NCBI GenBank assembly: GCA_000934665.2
Contig: KZ538159.1
Coordinates: forward strand, 1-64,000
Length of the DNA: 64,000 nt
Reading direction: 5' to 3'
Origin: Catajapyx aquilonaris
Lineage: Eukaryota
Part shown: in pieces, positions 39,756-53,277 of the stretch
Numbering within the stretch: position 1 is the first letter of the stretch
Layout of the letters: every line of letters starts with the position of its first letter
The notes under the pieces: model-generated
Database searches by the model: none
The model's input: the letters and a program-made list of their open reading frames with translations, nothing else
Told to the model about the DNA's origin: nothing
Position numbers and translations under genes: made by a program

Positions 39756-42365
39756 CAAATTAAATAAATAAATACGACAGAATGACCTTGCCATTATTTG
39801 AAATAATATTGTAGCATATTATGACCTGCTTTTTTTTAGCAGGCGTGTGAATAATGACCCTACCTGAATGAGTATTCAGTTAAGGGCGGCAAAAAGGAAG
39901 AGGCAGGGATCTCAGTACGCCCATAACCTTTTTACCTCATCATGCGAGTGATATTGACCTAGTTGAAAACCTTCCCCCTTTTACCATCAGGCCATTGGCA
40001 CCGACAAACCAGGCGACGCCATCAATTCAGTCATAACAGGCTAATAATCCCACCCAGCCCAAATATGTCACCCACTGTACCCAATTTTTATGGGGAAAAA
40101 ATTTATTCAAATGGCTAGGGGTCATTGCCTCACTATTTATATGAATAAACTTACTAACAATTATAATAAAAGGTGTTAAAGTAGGGTAGTCCCCAATGTT
40201 TTTTTTTGTCTTTAGAAAATGAGAGACATCCTGGATGAGATTGTGCGTGGCGGCGTGTAACAAAGAAACCTGGTTTTGAATTTATGTAATTGTTACGACG
40301 CACACGATGTTGCTTGTCGTCATGCGTGCCAATAGAAAGTTATTAGATAGAAAAAAAAATCTTCAAGAAGGAAAGAAGCTTTCACTCGATTAGTTGCAGG
40401 TGCTTGCACAATTCACGAAAAAATATATATATTTTTTAAGATGTCAAGATTGATGTGTGTTAAAATTTTTAGGTGTAAATGTGGTGAAAGCTCTCATTAT
40501 TGTAAGTTTAGGTCCAATTAGTGGTTTAAGACCGAACTGAGCCAGTTTTCTAAGTGCTTACATTGTACCCTTGAGGTGTCGACCTTATTGAGTTTTTTAC
40601 CTCCTCAAAGCGGAAGACACGCTTCATTACCTGTAATTCAGATAAATGCTGGTGATTGTGTGATCAAAAATAATTTTTAAAAATTAGAACGAAAATTTAT
40701 TATTTTACGGGCCGTAAGACCGCGTAAGACCCCTAAGTAAGACCGTATGCCTTTTCAACAATTAATTTTGGTTGTTCTTGTTTGTTTTGTTTCTTAAATT
40801 CGCCCTATGGCGAAATTCTGCTGTAGGTACTTTGTATGGTATGAAAAATTTATTGAAATCATCTGAATGTGCCCATCCCTTTACCTGCATGCCCGCTAAC
40901 CATTCAGTAGTACCGTTATTTACTTTCCTTGCCAATTACCAGGTAGCCATTACCTGCGCACAAAAATTCAATTGAAAATATCCTCATTATGCTCATTTCA
41001 ATGTTATGTTGATCTCGTCCCATTAAACTGTGTCACAAGACGCGTAACATTCGTGCAGTCATCCTGGAGAAAGCTAGGACTTTGATATAAGAAGTAGGTC
41101 CATTGCAATTTTTTTTATGTATAAACTATATACAACCCCCTACCACCCCCAGTATAACGGCACGTGCGATTGACGTGTGTGGTAGGTAACATTCGATATA
41201 TTCCATATCCCTAGGGCACCTTTCACCAACGGATATGGAGGTGTGGGGCGGCCGGGGACGGCCGGGAGGGGGGCCGGGGCCGGCCGGGGGGGTTATCCTA
41301 AAAAAGTGCATAAGTCAGTGTCCTCTTCTCCCCATTTGGCAGCCCTGTGGGAAGTGGGTCATTGCCTCGCTATTGAAAGTTTAGAAAGGGGAAGGAATTA
41401 GGGTTAGTTGCAAAAATTGGGGGATGTGTACTGAAGGGGGGGGGGGGTGTTTCCACCTGAGGGCCTTTCAAGGTCCGGGTTTTGCCCCCCTCCCCCCCTA
41501 CCATTTTTTTTTACTCATCCTTCCGCCCTGTTTCCTGGCTGCCCTCTGGCAATGCCATTGCCGAGTTAGGCGGTAGTTGCATCAGGGAGTCCGGTGCAAG
41601 GAGTGGTACGCTGACCCAGGTCATGCAGGGACGAGGTGCTGTAGTGTTGGGGTCTAGGCTGGGACAGGGTGAGTTATCCAGTAGATAATTTGTTATCAAT
41701 TTAATCGGTCGAAGAGGAAAGGAAATAAGTGTCCTTTCCGTGTTTAGAGAGCAAACTTAGTGTTATCGGATCACCTTATGTGTTGAGCAAGTAAGATATC
41801 GCTATTTTAGACGGGAAGTCATGCGTCATGCTGTCTCGCCATTAATACTTATCATGTTGCGTAATTTTATACTTTATTAGATGTTTTGAACGTCATAGGT
41901 GTATATGTAAATGAGTAGGTACGTAACTGGGATTTTGCGCATATATGGGGAATTTGTTGTTTGCGGGGAATTTTTTGTAGCACAGTATGATCCTGAATTT
42001 CTTTTTTTTCCTTCTAAAAATATGTGATGTCCCAGAATTCTTTATGTGTATCCGGGCGACCTGGTATTTCCAAGTCTCTTACAGTTGATCGCTTTCATAT
42101 CTGGTCATGACATAAATTCAGGTCGAAGGTTTTCCCAAGTGTAATAACTGCAGGTAAGCCTAAAGCGGAAGGAAGCATTTTTGTTAGGAGCAATAAACCA
42201 TCTCGGAAAAGGACCTTCAAGTGGTCAAGTCAGTGTCCTTTAACAACTCGGCGCACCGGGATGGAGGTCAAGGCAACGAAGGTCGGTTGCCCACTATATG
42301 GGGATGGACAATACTAAACCTGAATTTATCTGATTAGGAAATTTCCTGGATTGTAAATTTTTCCT

Positions 42366-42410
42366 GACGACTAATGACGACCAATGACGACCAATGACGA
42401 CTAATGACGA
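42366..42410. repeat. 10-bp tandem repeat (TGACGAC[T/C]AA) x4-5
   Basis: Directly visible. Confidence 0.8.
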
Positions 42411-45400
42411 AAGTGACAATTTTTGACAGTTTTCATAACTACAAAATTTTTCAAAAAAAAGAGGACAGTTCACAGTTTCGCGAGGAGCCAGTTTCTCGCG
42501 GGAACCCCCAGTTTTTCGCGATGAATCAATTTTTCCTGATGAGGACCCCAGCAGATAAAGAACCAATTAACGTCCCACTAATTAAACTCATGCTGCCCCT
42601 AGGAGATAGGAGTAAGTGCATAAATCATTCGTCCAGTCTAGTAATGAATATTTTGCCAACTTTGTAAGAAAGTTTTGAGCTGGTAGGCAGATCTGGTTTG
42701 TTATTTGGGAGGGGGGAGGGGGGAAGGCGGGGAGGGGCGTGAATAGTTGAGGGGATATGGATTTTGGCGAGTAATTGCAAAGTGGACTGCGAGGATAGTG
42801 TTGGGTGGACTCAACAGTGCGCGGGTGACCGGGCGACGCGTCGGGCCAGGGTTACCAGACTCTGCTGAGCGGAAGAAGAAAGTTGTGGTCTGGAAATTAC
42901 TCGAACCGTGGTGACGTTTTCAGTCACAAAGTTCATTGAGCCCGGAACCCGAGTGACCAACTTAATTTTTTTTTTTGGCAAATACAAACGATGCTCTCTA
43001 CTTGGCCATTCACGGGAATGTGGGGACCTGATGGTATAGGTAAGAAATTTTTTTTTGGCGAAATTTTTTTGCTTGCGTGTATGGCCTTGTTGGTTGGAAT
43101 CAATCACGCAGGTACTATTCGCTTTTTGCATGACACAACGGACGATAAGCACATAAGGCAAGGACGAATTTTTTATATAGGAGGGTTACAAATTTGGGGT
43201 GTAAATTGTCGAGTTAATGACAAAAAATTGCATGCAATATTGCCCACTTTAACGAATCGATGTTCACTGTACGACGCGGACTTGATTTTTCGCAAGCAGT
43301 AGCGTGCTGGAATATCGGACGAACTGACCTACACTTACGTCATGAAATATGCACTGTCTACTATACGTCCATGTCCCTACTGTAGGCGAATCTGTGGATT
43401 GTACAGACAGGGAAAAAAATATTGAACAGATGCAAAAATTCTAATTAACAAATTTGAAATTTGTACAGGCGGTGCCAAAGGAGTCATGCACATCTTCGTT
43501 CACCTGAATTTCGTAGAAAATTGCATGGGTCATGCGACAGGAAATTATCGCGATGATAGCGATTTTTTTAAAGCCTCAGTGACGCAATATCACATACCAC
43601 ACTTGATAACGGATTTTTTTTGCGGTTTATGTATAGAGAAAAAAAAAATATGGCGTTGTTTAGACTCGAAGGTAATGTCCGTGACAAGACGAAGATACAA
43701 CGTATACATATATGTGGTTGTCCTTGTTCGAATCTCGAAATGTGGTTCCGCAATGTGTGTATGTAGCGCGTGTGACAAAGTGGCGCAGGTTTGTGCGAAA
43801 ATGTGTGGAGTAAACATGATTTAGCATATTTGGTTTATTTCAGCTTTCTCGTGATATGCTCAGTGTCAAAGCCACTATGAAAAATAATAGTTTGGACGAT
43901 AGTTAAATTCGAATTAATTGCAGTAGGAAATCTATGGAAATTTTATTGACAGGGTTCGATTTTCTGTACATTTTTATTTAATGACGCTGACAGAATTATT
44001 ACAGGTTGGCGCAAGAAATATCGATTTTTACGCAATATCCTTTTGTTGTATGGCGGCCTAATCGATACGAGTGACTATTGCAACACTCTACAAGGAGTTT
44101 ACTGAATTTTTTAAATAAAAATGGCGTGTCCTTGAACGATTACACCTGATCCTGTCAGTACATGCGACCCATGATCACCGGAAAGTATATATGCCAGGCG
44201 CAGTCCTGAAGATAAGAATCGATACCATCAACACACGTAAAGTTGCGTCATATTAAGCAATTTTGGAACGTTGATTACCCCATATTTTTTTTTTGATGTA
44301 ATTTTTTTTCCTCCTTCTCATCATCATCTCAAGATTATCCTGACCTTTAACGACTATGGGAAAAAAAAGATCCAAGGATCATTTTATATGGAGCGTCAAA
44401 TAGCAGAACGGAAACAGCTACTTTCGTGTAACTTTTGAGCGAAATTTGTCTAAGTTTGGATGCCATGGGAATGGAAAGGAGGAAAAGTGGTAATACCAGA
44501 TTAGTGTCTCGTACTTTTTTTTTTCTTAACGTGGGTATTAAATCGGCATAATTACAAGGGTAGGAATTTTTACATGGAAGGTCAGCGATAAATAACTGAT
44601 GGTTGGTATGAAAAATAAACAGCCGATTATTGGTCACGGAATCAATAGCAATAAAATGTGATGTGTGAGATGCTAAAATAAGACCTGATTCGGGAGTAAT
44701 GAGCCAATCGAGTTATTCTTGAACGGTGTTAATGAAGTGGAGGTCATCTGCCTTCCTCTTTCGTCATAAGAAACTCCAGGGCCAAGCGGAAACGGTTGCA
44801 TATTCACATATCATTTCAAGGACCTCCACTTTTTCGGTTCGGTTTTTTTTTTTTGGACGTCTTGGAGACCTTTTTGTAACGGGCACTTGACAAATCAAGG
44901 AGGTCTGTATGTAACTGGAAGAGGTTTATGAGGGTCTTACGATATGTCCGTGTTCAGCCAAGTTTGCGTAAGCTGCCAGGAAATGCAAGGATTGTATACT
45001 CTGAAGAGAAAAAAAATAAGTGAAAAATCATGGTGAGTTACCATTTTTATTAGGTGAAACTCAGTGTATGTTGAGTACCGGTAGTGAAAACTTGGCCTGA
45101 ATGTTGATAAGTTGTGACTTTTTCGTATTAGAAATGGCGACATAATGTGCCAGGAGCCTGCCATATTTTAAATTTAAATTTAATATCAATTGCAGATAAT
45201 GGTCCATTTTTAGTCCATATTGCCCACTAGCAATAGTGTTCATATAAAATTTTAAAAAATAAAACTAGCTATTTGCAGCAAAGAACCATTGTTGTGTACT
45301 GTACAAGTGTCTTCGTACCTATTTCAACAATGGCTTCCTGATGCAAATATGCTATGATGGCATAGTGCAAGGATAACTGCACCCAACATACGCGACTAAA

Positions 45401-46127
45401 AAAAATGTGGCTATAACTAGTCTTGCACCAGCATAATTTCCAATCACAAGCACAAAAAAGCTTGAAAGCGCAAGGTAATTAACACAGTTAATTAGTTAAA
45501 CATGGTATAAAACAGCATTATTATCGGAGTATTAATTAATGAACAAATCCATTGATGTGTTTTTTTGTCGTTTTTAATGGCTGGGCGTTAGTGAGCATGT
45601 AGACAAGTACGATCTCAATCCACACACGACCACCAGCATTGTATACTAATTAATAATTATTGCCGCAATTATTGCGGTCAGCTCCTCCTATCGGCCTGGT
45701 GCTGCAAAAATGTTGTAGCACCGACATATTTCACCAACATTATATATACAAGGTCGCCTTAATCACCTCTGGGATAATTGGGGGGGTTGAATGTATACCC
45801 CTCCCCCCTCCAACCACCTCGTATAGTTATAGAGAGGGTTTCATATACACGCGCACTCGCTTTGCTCAACTGTGCAATCACATTCCATTTTCAGTTATTA
45901 TCGTGGCTGAGGTTGCATTGTGGCGGCGGATGCAGTAATCATGAGCTTCAAAACATGGCCGGGGTTTTGGAGGGGTTAGGGTGCACCAAATTAACTGGTC
46001 GCCCCGGGTACGAGCGGTTGTTATTCTCAAGTTTATGTCGGACCATCAACGGGCGGTAATTTTGGGGTTAAGAGGCTCGAATATTGGGTTCGTAGAGCTC
46101 ACACACATATTCAGGTGGATCGAAAAT

Positions 46128-46250
46128 GGCTGCAAAATATCGAAATATATCGAAATAGCCTAAAAATATCGAAATATACCTAAAATATCGATATACGCCC
46201 AAACATATCGATATAGACCCGAAATATCGATATGAGGCGATATATCGGCA
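46128..46250. repeat. ~19-bp degenerate repeat rich in ATATCGA(T/A)A
   Basis: Three TATCGATA copies plus TATCGAAA variants; a similar tract lies at 10170-10370. Confidence 0.75.
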
Positions 46251-46659
46251 TAAACCATATGGTAAATATTTTCCCGAACTTTTTACGACACCCGGTGTAT
46301 TGCCAGTCAACAACTTAATTCGGTATTGCCTCATATGTGCTCAGGTCTCGGTGGCACCGGATGTCCTCCAGGATCATAATTGCAGAGTGAGGGAGGGGGG
46401 AAAAAATAATAAGTTGCGACACATATGTATAAATAGTATCCTACGAGAGGGTTAGTGTGACTTGGGCATCACGAAATATTACACAAGGTCACCTCATAAT
46501 ACCGTGCGAGTCCATACCGGTACATAATTACGGATTCCCAAGAACATTATTCATTAGAAAGGGGCGGACGGTGGGTTGCACCTGTTTACCTGCCAGAAGC
46601 TGAATGAATAGCACCGTTGCGAGCAACGTCATTGTTGAGTAAAGAGTGAGGATCATTAT

Positions 46660-47270
46660 TCGGAGCCACTCATGGTCATTAGTGACACTCATTGAAATTT
46701 GTGCCACTGATCATTCATCTCATTCCAGTGTAACATTCATTGACATCATTCATTGTCATTTACCCCGGGTCATTCATTGCCATTAGTGCCACTCATTCCC
46801 ATTAGACTCATCAGAGCCACTAATTACAGAGTCACTCATTGGCATCAGCTTTATTAATAAATAATTATTGTAATTCACTCGGACTCATTGCCATCAGACT
46901 GATCAGAGCCACTCATTGCCATCAGCGTAATTAATTGCCATTCAATCGGGCTCATTCATTGACATTAGTGCCACTCATTGCCATCAGACTGATCAGAGCC
47001 ACTCATTGCCATCAGCGTAATTAATTGCCATTCAATCGGGCTCATTCATTGCAATATATTAGAGCCACTCATTGCCATCAGACTGATCAGAGCCACTCAT
47101 TGCCATCAGCGTAATTAATTGCCATTCAATCGGGCTCATTCATTGCAATTAGAGCCACTCATTCCCATCAGACTGACCAGAGCCAACTAATTATAATAGA
47201 GCCTCTCATTGACAGTCCCCGTTTATTTCATTAGTCTCACTCATTACAATTAGCCAACTCAGAGCCAATC
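46660..47270. repeat. Complex minisatellite (GCCACTCATTGCCATCAG core) with ~90-bp higher-order units
   Basis: AGACTGATCAGAGCCACTCATTGCCATCAGCGTAATTAATTGCCATTCAATCGGGCTCATTCATTG repeated three times near-identically. Confidence 0.9.
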
Positions 47271-49009
47271 ATCGTCAGGATTGCACCACGTTGATTACTT
47301 TGTTTGTTATTGTACCTGAAGCGCAGAAAAATAATACGCCATAAGTAACACGCAATATCCTCCCAAGTTAAACGCATTTTGTTGTCCCATGCAATCATGC
47401 AGTCCAATCACATTCAGAGGTCGGCGTACCGGTACCCCCGTTCACTAAATCATTCACGATTATCTTCGGCAGGTCTGTCCTAAATCTGTCAGCATCTTGG
47501 CTAATTTTAGCCCCCTTTTTGCATACACGATAAGGATTTTTTGGAGGCTACTTTTTGCATATTCCCTCCAGACTCTTGGTCCGCCGGTATACCGAAATGG
47601 AATGCGTTTAACTTATTTAAGGAACCCCGGCTGTTGGGAAATCGAGTTACATGAACCGGTACCCCCCCCCCCCCTTTCCCGGGTCTTTCCCCCTACGCTG
47701 TATAAACACCACGGATCGATGAGGCAACGACATCGACACACAACCCACGTAAGGTGGGTACAACACTACGTTGTTGCAATGAAGAAATATAATTTTAACA
47801 AACTACGACGATTTCATTAGTAAGTACACGTGTATTGTGCCATCCGGTACTGGAGGGCATCGTACCGTTTTTTTTTGTATTTAAAAAAACTGCGTAACAA
47901 ATAGGGCCAATGTCACCTAGATAATTGCGGTGCTATGTATAGTTTGGGGCCCCTCAGTGGGTAATCCCCCACCCCCGTACGCCGTACCACCCCCTCCGGT
48001 GTGCGCAGTGGTGTAGAGGGGATCTTGCACTCGGTTCAGGCCATTGGCGCCGCGTCCGCCTGACCTTGGCAGTCATACAAGTGCACGCAACCTCCTGCGC
48101 AATCCATTTTTTTGTCAGTATTTTTAAATGAGACGTAAGTGTTTCGTAGTCATAACCGATGTACAGTAGGGTAAAAACATGTGGGTATTTTTAATGTGCA
48201 ATCAATAGATTTCGTAATACCATGAATTTTGGTATACACGTGGGGTGTGGCAATATTTGACACGTGTATTCTGCGTACTGTATATGTGAGGTTTATATAA
48301 CGTACAGGGGGGGTCAGTGGCCATTTGCAACAGGTGACTTCTATTGCATGGGAAGCGCGGTCGGATGATTATGATCACCTTGAGACCATGTGGCCTACAA
48401 ATAACGTCCATTTTGGTCAAAACATAGCGCGTGACCAACTGAAACTTACAGAGCAAGCAAAATGGTTAGCCTAGAATCCTACTTTTTCCCAACCATCTTG
48501 ATTCAAGTCCATTGTCAAAGAAAGTCGTTGCATAACCTGAATTTCCTACCACGATCTCTAATAGTAGGTCGTTGACTCTCGATTTTCTCCGGCTCGCAAA
48601 AGTGGGCTAGAGTGTTGAAGGTTGAGGGTCGAGGCCTTAACTTGCATCCTTTTCAGTTCCAGACAACAGGGGGGGGNNTAGCTTTCTCGTAAGGTTCTTA
48701 TGTAACTGGACCGGTAGCTTTTAAGGGATCGCTGTCCTGTTTGGAACTTAGGGGTCCTTATCTAAACGGGGACGAATAGAGGTTATGTAAATAGTTTGCT
48801 TTGGGGTGTGTTCTTAGGAGTTAGTGAGGGAATATGTGGGCTATCAGTTGGTGCACCAGGATTCAGCTGTTTCACGTGATATGCATTGTTAAGCTAATGG
48901 CGCAGAAGTACATGTGGGGGGTGATCAACAGGAATTTTTGATACGGTAAAACAGTTCTGTGGGATAGACAAGGAGATTCACAAACTGTAAGAACACCTAT
49001 AACATCCTG

Positions 49010-49315
49010 AAGATACTGAATTAACAATGAAATGATTCTGAAGATTCTGAATGAACAATCTGGAGCAGAGATTCACAATGAAATCATTCTGCAGATCCAG
49101 AATGAACAACCTGGAGAACCTGAATCAACAACAATATGGTGATTCTGAATGAACTACAACCTAGAGATCCATAATGAACAATCTGGAGCAGAATAAACCT
49201 AACTTTACAATGAAATCATTCTGGAGATCACGAATTAAGAACCTGGAGAACCATAATTAATAACAATATGGTGATTCAGAATGAACTTCAACCTGGAGCT
49301 CTTGAGTGAACAACA
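49010..49315. repeat. Degenerate repeat (AATGAACAA(T/C)CTGGAG) with ~135-bp higher-order duplication
   Basis: Recurrent AATGAACAATCTGGAGCAGA, ACAATGAAATCATTCTG and AACAATATGGTGATTC. Confidence 0.75.
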
Positions 49316-52146
49316 TTGAGCCCTTTCATTGCACTTTCAGACAAAGAATAGAACCTGATATCAGGGATTCACTCCAGAAGTTAGGACTGACAGGTTATAT
49401 AGCCCAATTTCTGTCGACCACCCCACGAAATGGGCTCTAATCTAAGCATGGCGAGCACCGGAACAAGAGCAGTGTAAACAAGAGCTGCGCCGAAGATAAG
49501 GGTGACGGTCGTAGGCGGATGGGCGTCGGAGATGCAGGGTTCATGAACTTGGCGTGTAATTATGACGCCATTTGTTGAGAGTGGTGGTAGTGGTGGTGGT
49601 GGAGTGAGAAAAGGAGGCCAATGGCACCCCTTTCTACCAGCCTGCCCCGCCAGTAGGCCAACTCGGCTCAAACCACTTTTCTCCTCATTGTATGGAAATA
49701 CATGTTTGGGAAGAGGTTGGGGGTGACCTCCATCTTCGGTGCAGTGGTCCAACATAAGGTGCATGTTGGGGGTGGCCTGCAGGGGTGTAAGTCTTATCCC
49801 CCTATACTCAAACCCTACACGTCACGGACAGAATTTTTGTAGGTCAGACGTCACATCTTTCATGCCTTACTTCCCCACATTTAAGGAGTGATGAGAAAAA
49901 TAGTTTTCTCTTCTCCTGGGAGGTATTTTCTCTTCTCAAACATGGGCATTAGAGATGTAATGTGTGGTTTGAAGATTGCTCCACTTTAAGTGTGGTAGGC
50001 AAAAACAACAAGTTCAATTGTTTGAATTTTCTGCGCATCACATGCCTATAATGACAATATGCGTGTGACAAGGAAGGAGATAATTCACTATTCTTAGATA
50101 CCCGGTATTAGCGCGTATCCCGGTATGTCAACAGATAGTACTATCAGCATACGTTACATCACAGGTCCTTGTATGGAAATGTCGATGTTCAAAATAGAGC
50201 GTAAATATTAGGACTAAACTTGTTATTCACGCTACGGTTCTAATGGTAGGTTCTACGACTTTCGATGGTCGTTCACGATGACATGGTGAATTGCATGCAT
50301 GCCCCCCCCCNNCCCCCCCCCCCCACCCCCCATGTAATTGTGACGAGAAAGAAAATGGCTTGAGCTCAACGATCCGATGGCCCCCTTTTTTTCTACTAAC
50401 CCTATCTAAGTCTCTCCTCCTTACACCTCAACTTTCTATTCCTCCATGTCCACTTCCTCTCGGCACACTTTGTTCTTTCGTGGGCAAGGTTAGCAAATCG
50501 TGCCAAGTTGAGGAGATTGTGGGGGTCTGGGCCGAGATAGAAAGCAGCATATGTGATTTTTTTATATACTTACATCACAGGATGAGGAGATTGTACCGAC
50601 GGTTCTGAATGTGGATATGGAAAGTGTCATATTGGTGTGAAAGTGCTTTTTTTTTGGATAGTGTCAACTTTCATGATGTTTCTAGTGCCCCCACCAGCAC
50701 GGTGTGTCCAACATCATTTTTCATCAGTGATACACCAATTTGGGTACATCTCTCCCAAAAATGCTTACTTAGCACTGCACGTTTCTGTTTGCCTAAGTGT
50801 TGGAATCAACGGGGATTAATAACCCCACCCGCCTCATTTTGGGGCTAATAGGCCTATGTGCAACCGCTTTCATGTTTGTATTTTGTTACATTTGTCCTAA
50901 TTAGCCGCGGCTTTGGGCTTGCAACCCTTCTGCCCCCCCTCTATATCCCTCAGCCACAACTTCACCACCGAAGAATGGTTTGTCTGTCAATATGACTAAT
51001 GATTGTGGACTGCATTTGCAACTCTGAATCTAGTTTGCAGAATCAACACGTATGGTCCCAGTACCTTTACCTACACGGTGGTCCCCCCCAAATCTCATTG
51101 ACTTTTCGTTTTTGACGGCATTTATCGAGCGGGAAATGCGAATTTGGAGTGAACAAACACCCGGTTTTTAGGACCTTTGGTTAATAAAACCGGGTATGTA
51201 CATAAGCCATAATCAGATTTTTTTTTTGGAAGTGAAAATTTGTCACTATGCGTCACACATTGTTTGAAGGACCACCGGAAACGATGTAAAGACACCGTAA
51301 AAGGCGACAAAATGGGAATGACCCATTGTCGTTTAAGACCTTGTTGCGGTTTGACCTTTAGGCAAGGTCTGTTCCTGCTTCCTTCTTCCTAACAACCTCC
51401 ATGGTCATCTCATCTCTGGAGATTCGGGAAGTTGTCAGCTTCAATCGTAGGTAACGTTTGGCGCCACCACCTGCTTCCTGCTACCCTTGACCCAGTTGGG
51501 GCACGCTTTTGTGGCTGCGCTTACCACATGGCCGTCTTTAAGACGCACCTTTAACTAGGGGTGACCAAAAATTGTAATCTGACACCTGCTGGATTCGACC
51601 AATCAGAAACAGGCATGTACCTTATTGGTTACCCTGTTCAGCAATATGGCCAATCAGTAAATACTGACCTTTGACCTGTGTTCTTATACCACCCCTGGTT
51701 ATGAAGACAGGAAACGGAAACAGCCTGTAGGCTCTTCCGTTATTAGGCCCACGCGCCTATCAGCCCCCCTTAAAGTAACGGTCGTCAGCCGGTCCTTTTC
51801 TGAGCTAAATTTGGCTTTATAATAACTGTAGCTTTTTTTAAACTCTAAAAAAAAAATCCGGAGGGGGTGGCAGTAAAAGTCCAATTGGGCCATCTGGCGT
51901 CCGAATGAAAGCGAAGAAAAGTGGTGAAGGGCAGGATAAAAACAGAAGGGTAGCAGCTATATGTTAATGAGGAAGACAATGCACAAAATAGGTCAAACCT
52001 GCCCCTGAAGGAGATACCGCTCCGTGTCATTTATTAACGGCGCTTGATTGCACCTTTTTTTATAATGAACGGGAATTTTTTGGAAGCAGGTGTGTAGGTA
52101 TATTTAAAAGAGTGAAAGTAGCAAGCTGTTTTCATACTGTTTGGTA

Positions 52147-52233
52147 GTGCCACGTCTTGTGTAGAGCGGCAATCTTTTTTATTGGGATAGTAGCTGTGCC
52201 ACGTCTTGTAGCGCGGCAATCTTTTTTTATTGG
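52147..52233. repeat. Tandem duplication of ~38 bp (GTGCCACGTCTTGT...GCGGCAATCTTTTTTATTGG)
   Basis: Copies start at 52147 and 52196. Confidence 0.8.
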
Positions 52234-52329
52234 CATTGTACCTGCTATATAATTATGTTGAGTATAGTACTTTGTACTATTGTTGACTAGAAAGGTCCAA
52301 GCACTATTGGGGCAGGTCCAGTCTTTCCC

Positions 52330-52940
52330 AAATCGTGGTCTTACGTAAGTACGAATCGGTAGGGGGGCATGATAGGGTGAGGTGGCAAAACTGGCTGGGT
52401 GGGGGGGGGTGTACTTACAGGGTGCACTGCGCTGAGAGAAAAAGAAGTGCCGAGCGCGGGAGTGCTTACGTAATTAAGGTGACCTTCCTCCGCGCTGGGA
52501 TTGGCCGATTTTCCTCGGCTCCCCTTTTTATGCTTACTTCGGGGCCCTAGTGGCGGGGTGGAGGAGGCGGGTGGATGAGAGGGGGGTGAGTGCAACGCAT
52601 GGGGACGAAGTATCTATCCAGGCTGCCACCGACCGCGGCCAACAAACCGTTTCAGAACGTCGACAGAGAAACATCGGCTTCTAAGCGCAGGATTTTTTGT
52701 AGTGATTGTGAAGTGTTGTGATTGGTTAATGGACATTTCGTTGGTGGAAAGGAAACATACGATATAATTATTGGTGAGTACACGTGCTGGTTTAGTAGGG
52801 CAGTGTTTACCCGGTGTGACCTATTAACCTTATTTTTCGTTACGTTAACGGTACTAATTGCGTTTGTACCGGGTGACACCAAATTTAAGTCACTGAGTCA
52901 TCTTATCCGGGGATTGTGCGCAGCTTCGTAATGCACGTGA
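52330..52940 (+). promoter_or_regulatory. Candidate proximal vri promoter, 5' exon (to 52773) and start of a 487-nt intron
   Basis: GC-rich patch; TTACGTAA at 52341 and 52466; ATTGG at ~52500; GGCGGG boxes; strong donor TTG|GTGAGT at 52774; CACGTG at 52781 and 52934; TGACCTATTAA at 52817; TGAGTCA at 52894. Confidence 0.55.
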
Positions 52941-53277
52941 AGAAGAGGGGACGTTGCCATGGGGACCCTCTTTTCCCCGGAGGTGGATGCCTTTAGGGTG
53001 AACTTGGCGTCACCTGATTGAGGGTGATGCAACGGACCGGATATTGTGAATCACTTATTGCGCCAGTATGTGTAGATCGATGGTGGTGGGGTTTGGGTCA
53101 ATGCCGTTTCGCGGCCTCTGCGGTTTAAGGTGCCGTTGCACCACGGTCATGTGGATAAACGTGTCTTGCGTAACGGAGCTATTTGGGGAGTGGGTAATGT
53201 GACCTTCCGCTTTTCGGACCTGTTGCACTTGTCTTGACCTGCGGTTTGTTGTCGTTACAGAGGTGCTGAGGCATCGA

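Noticed and set aside
49381..49764. 127-aa minus-strand ORF (also 17090-17509, 17987-18307, 21090-21467, 39149-39559)
   Set aside because: No recognisable domain, codon bias or coherent splice structure; lengths are compatible with chance
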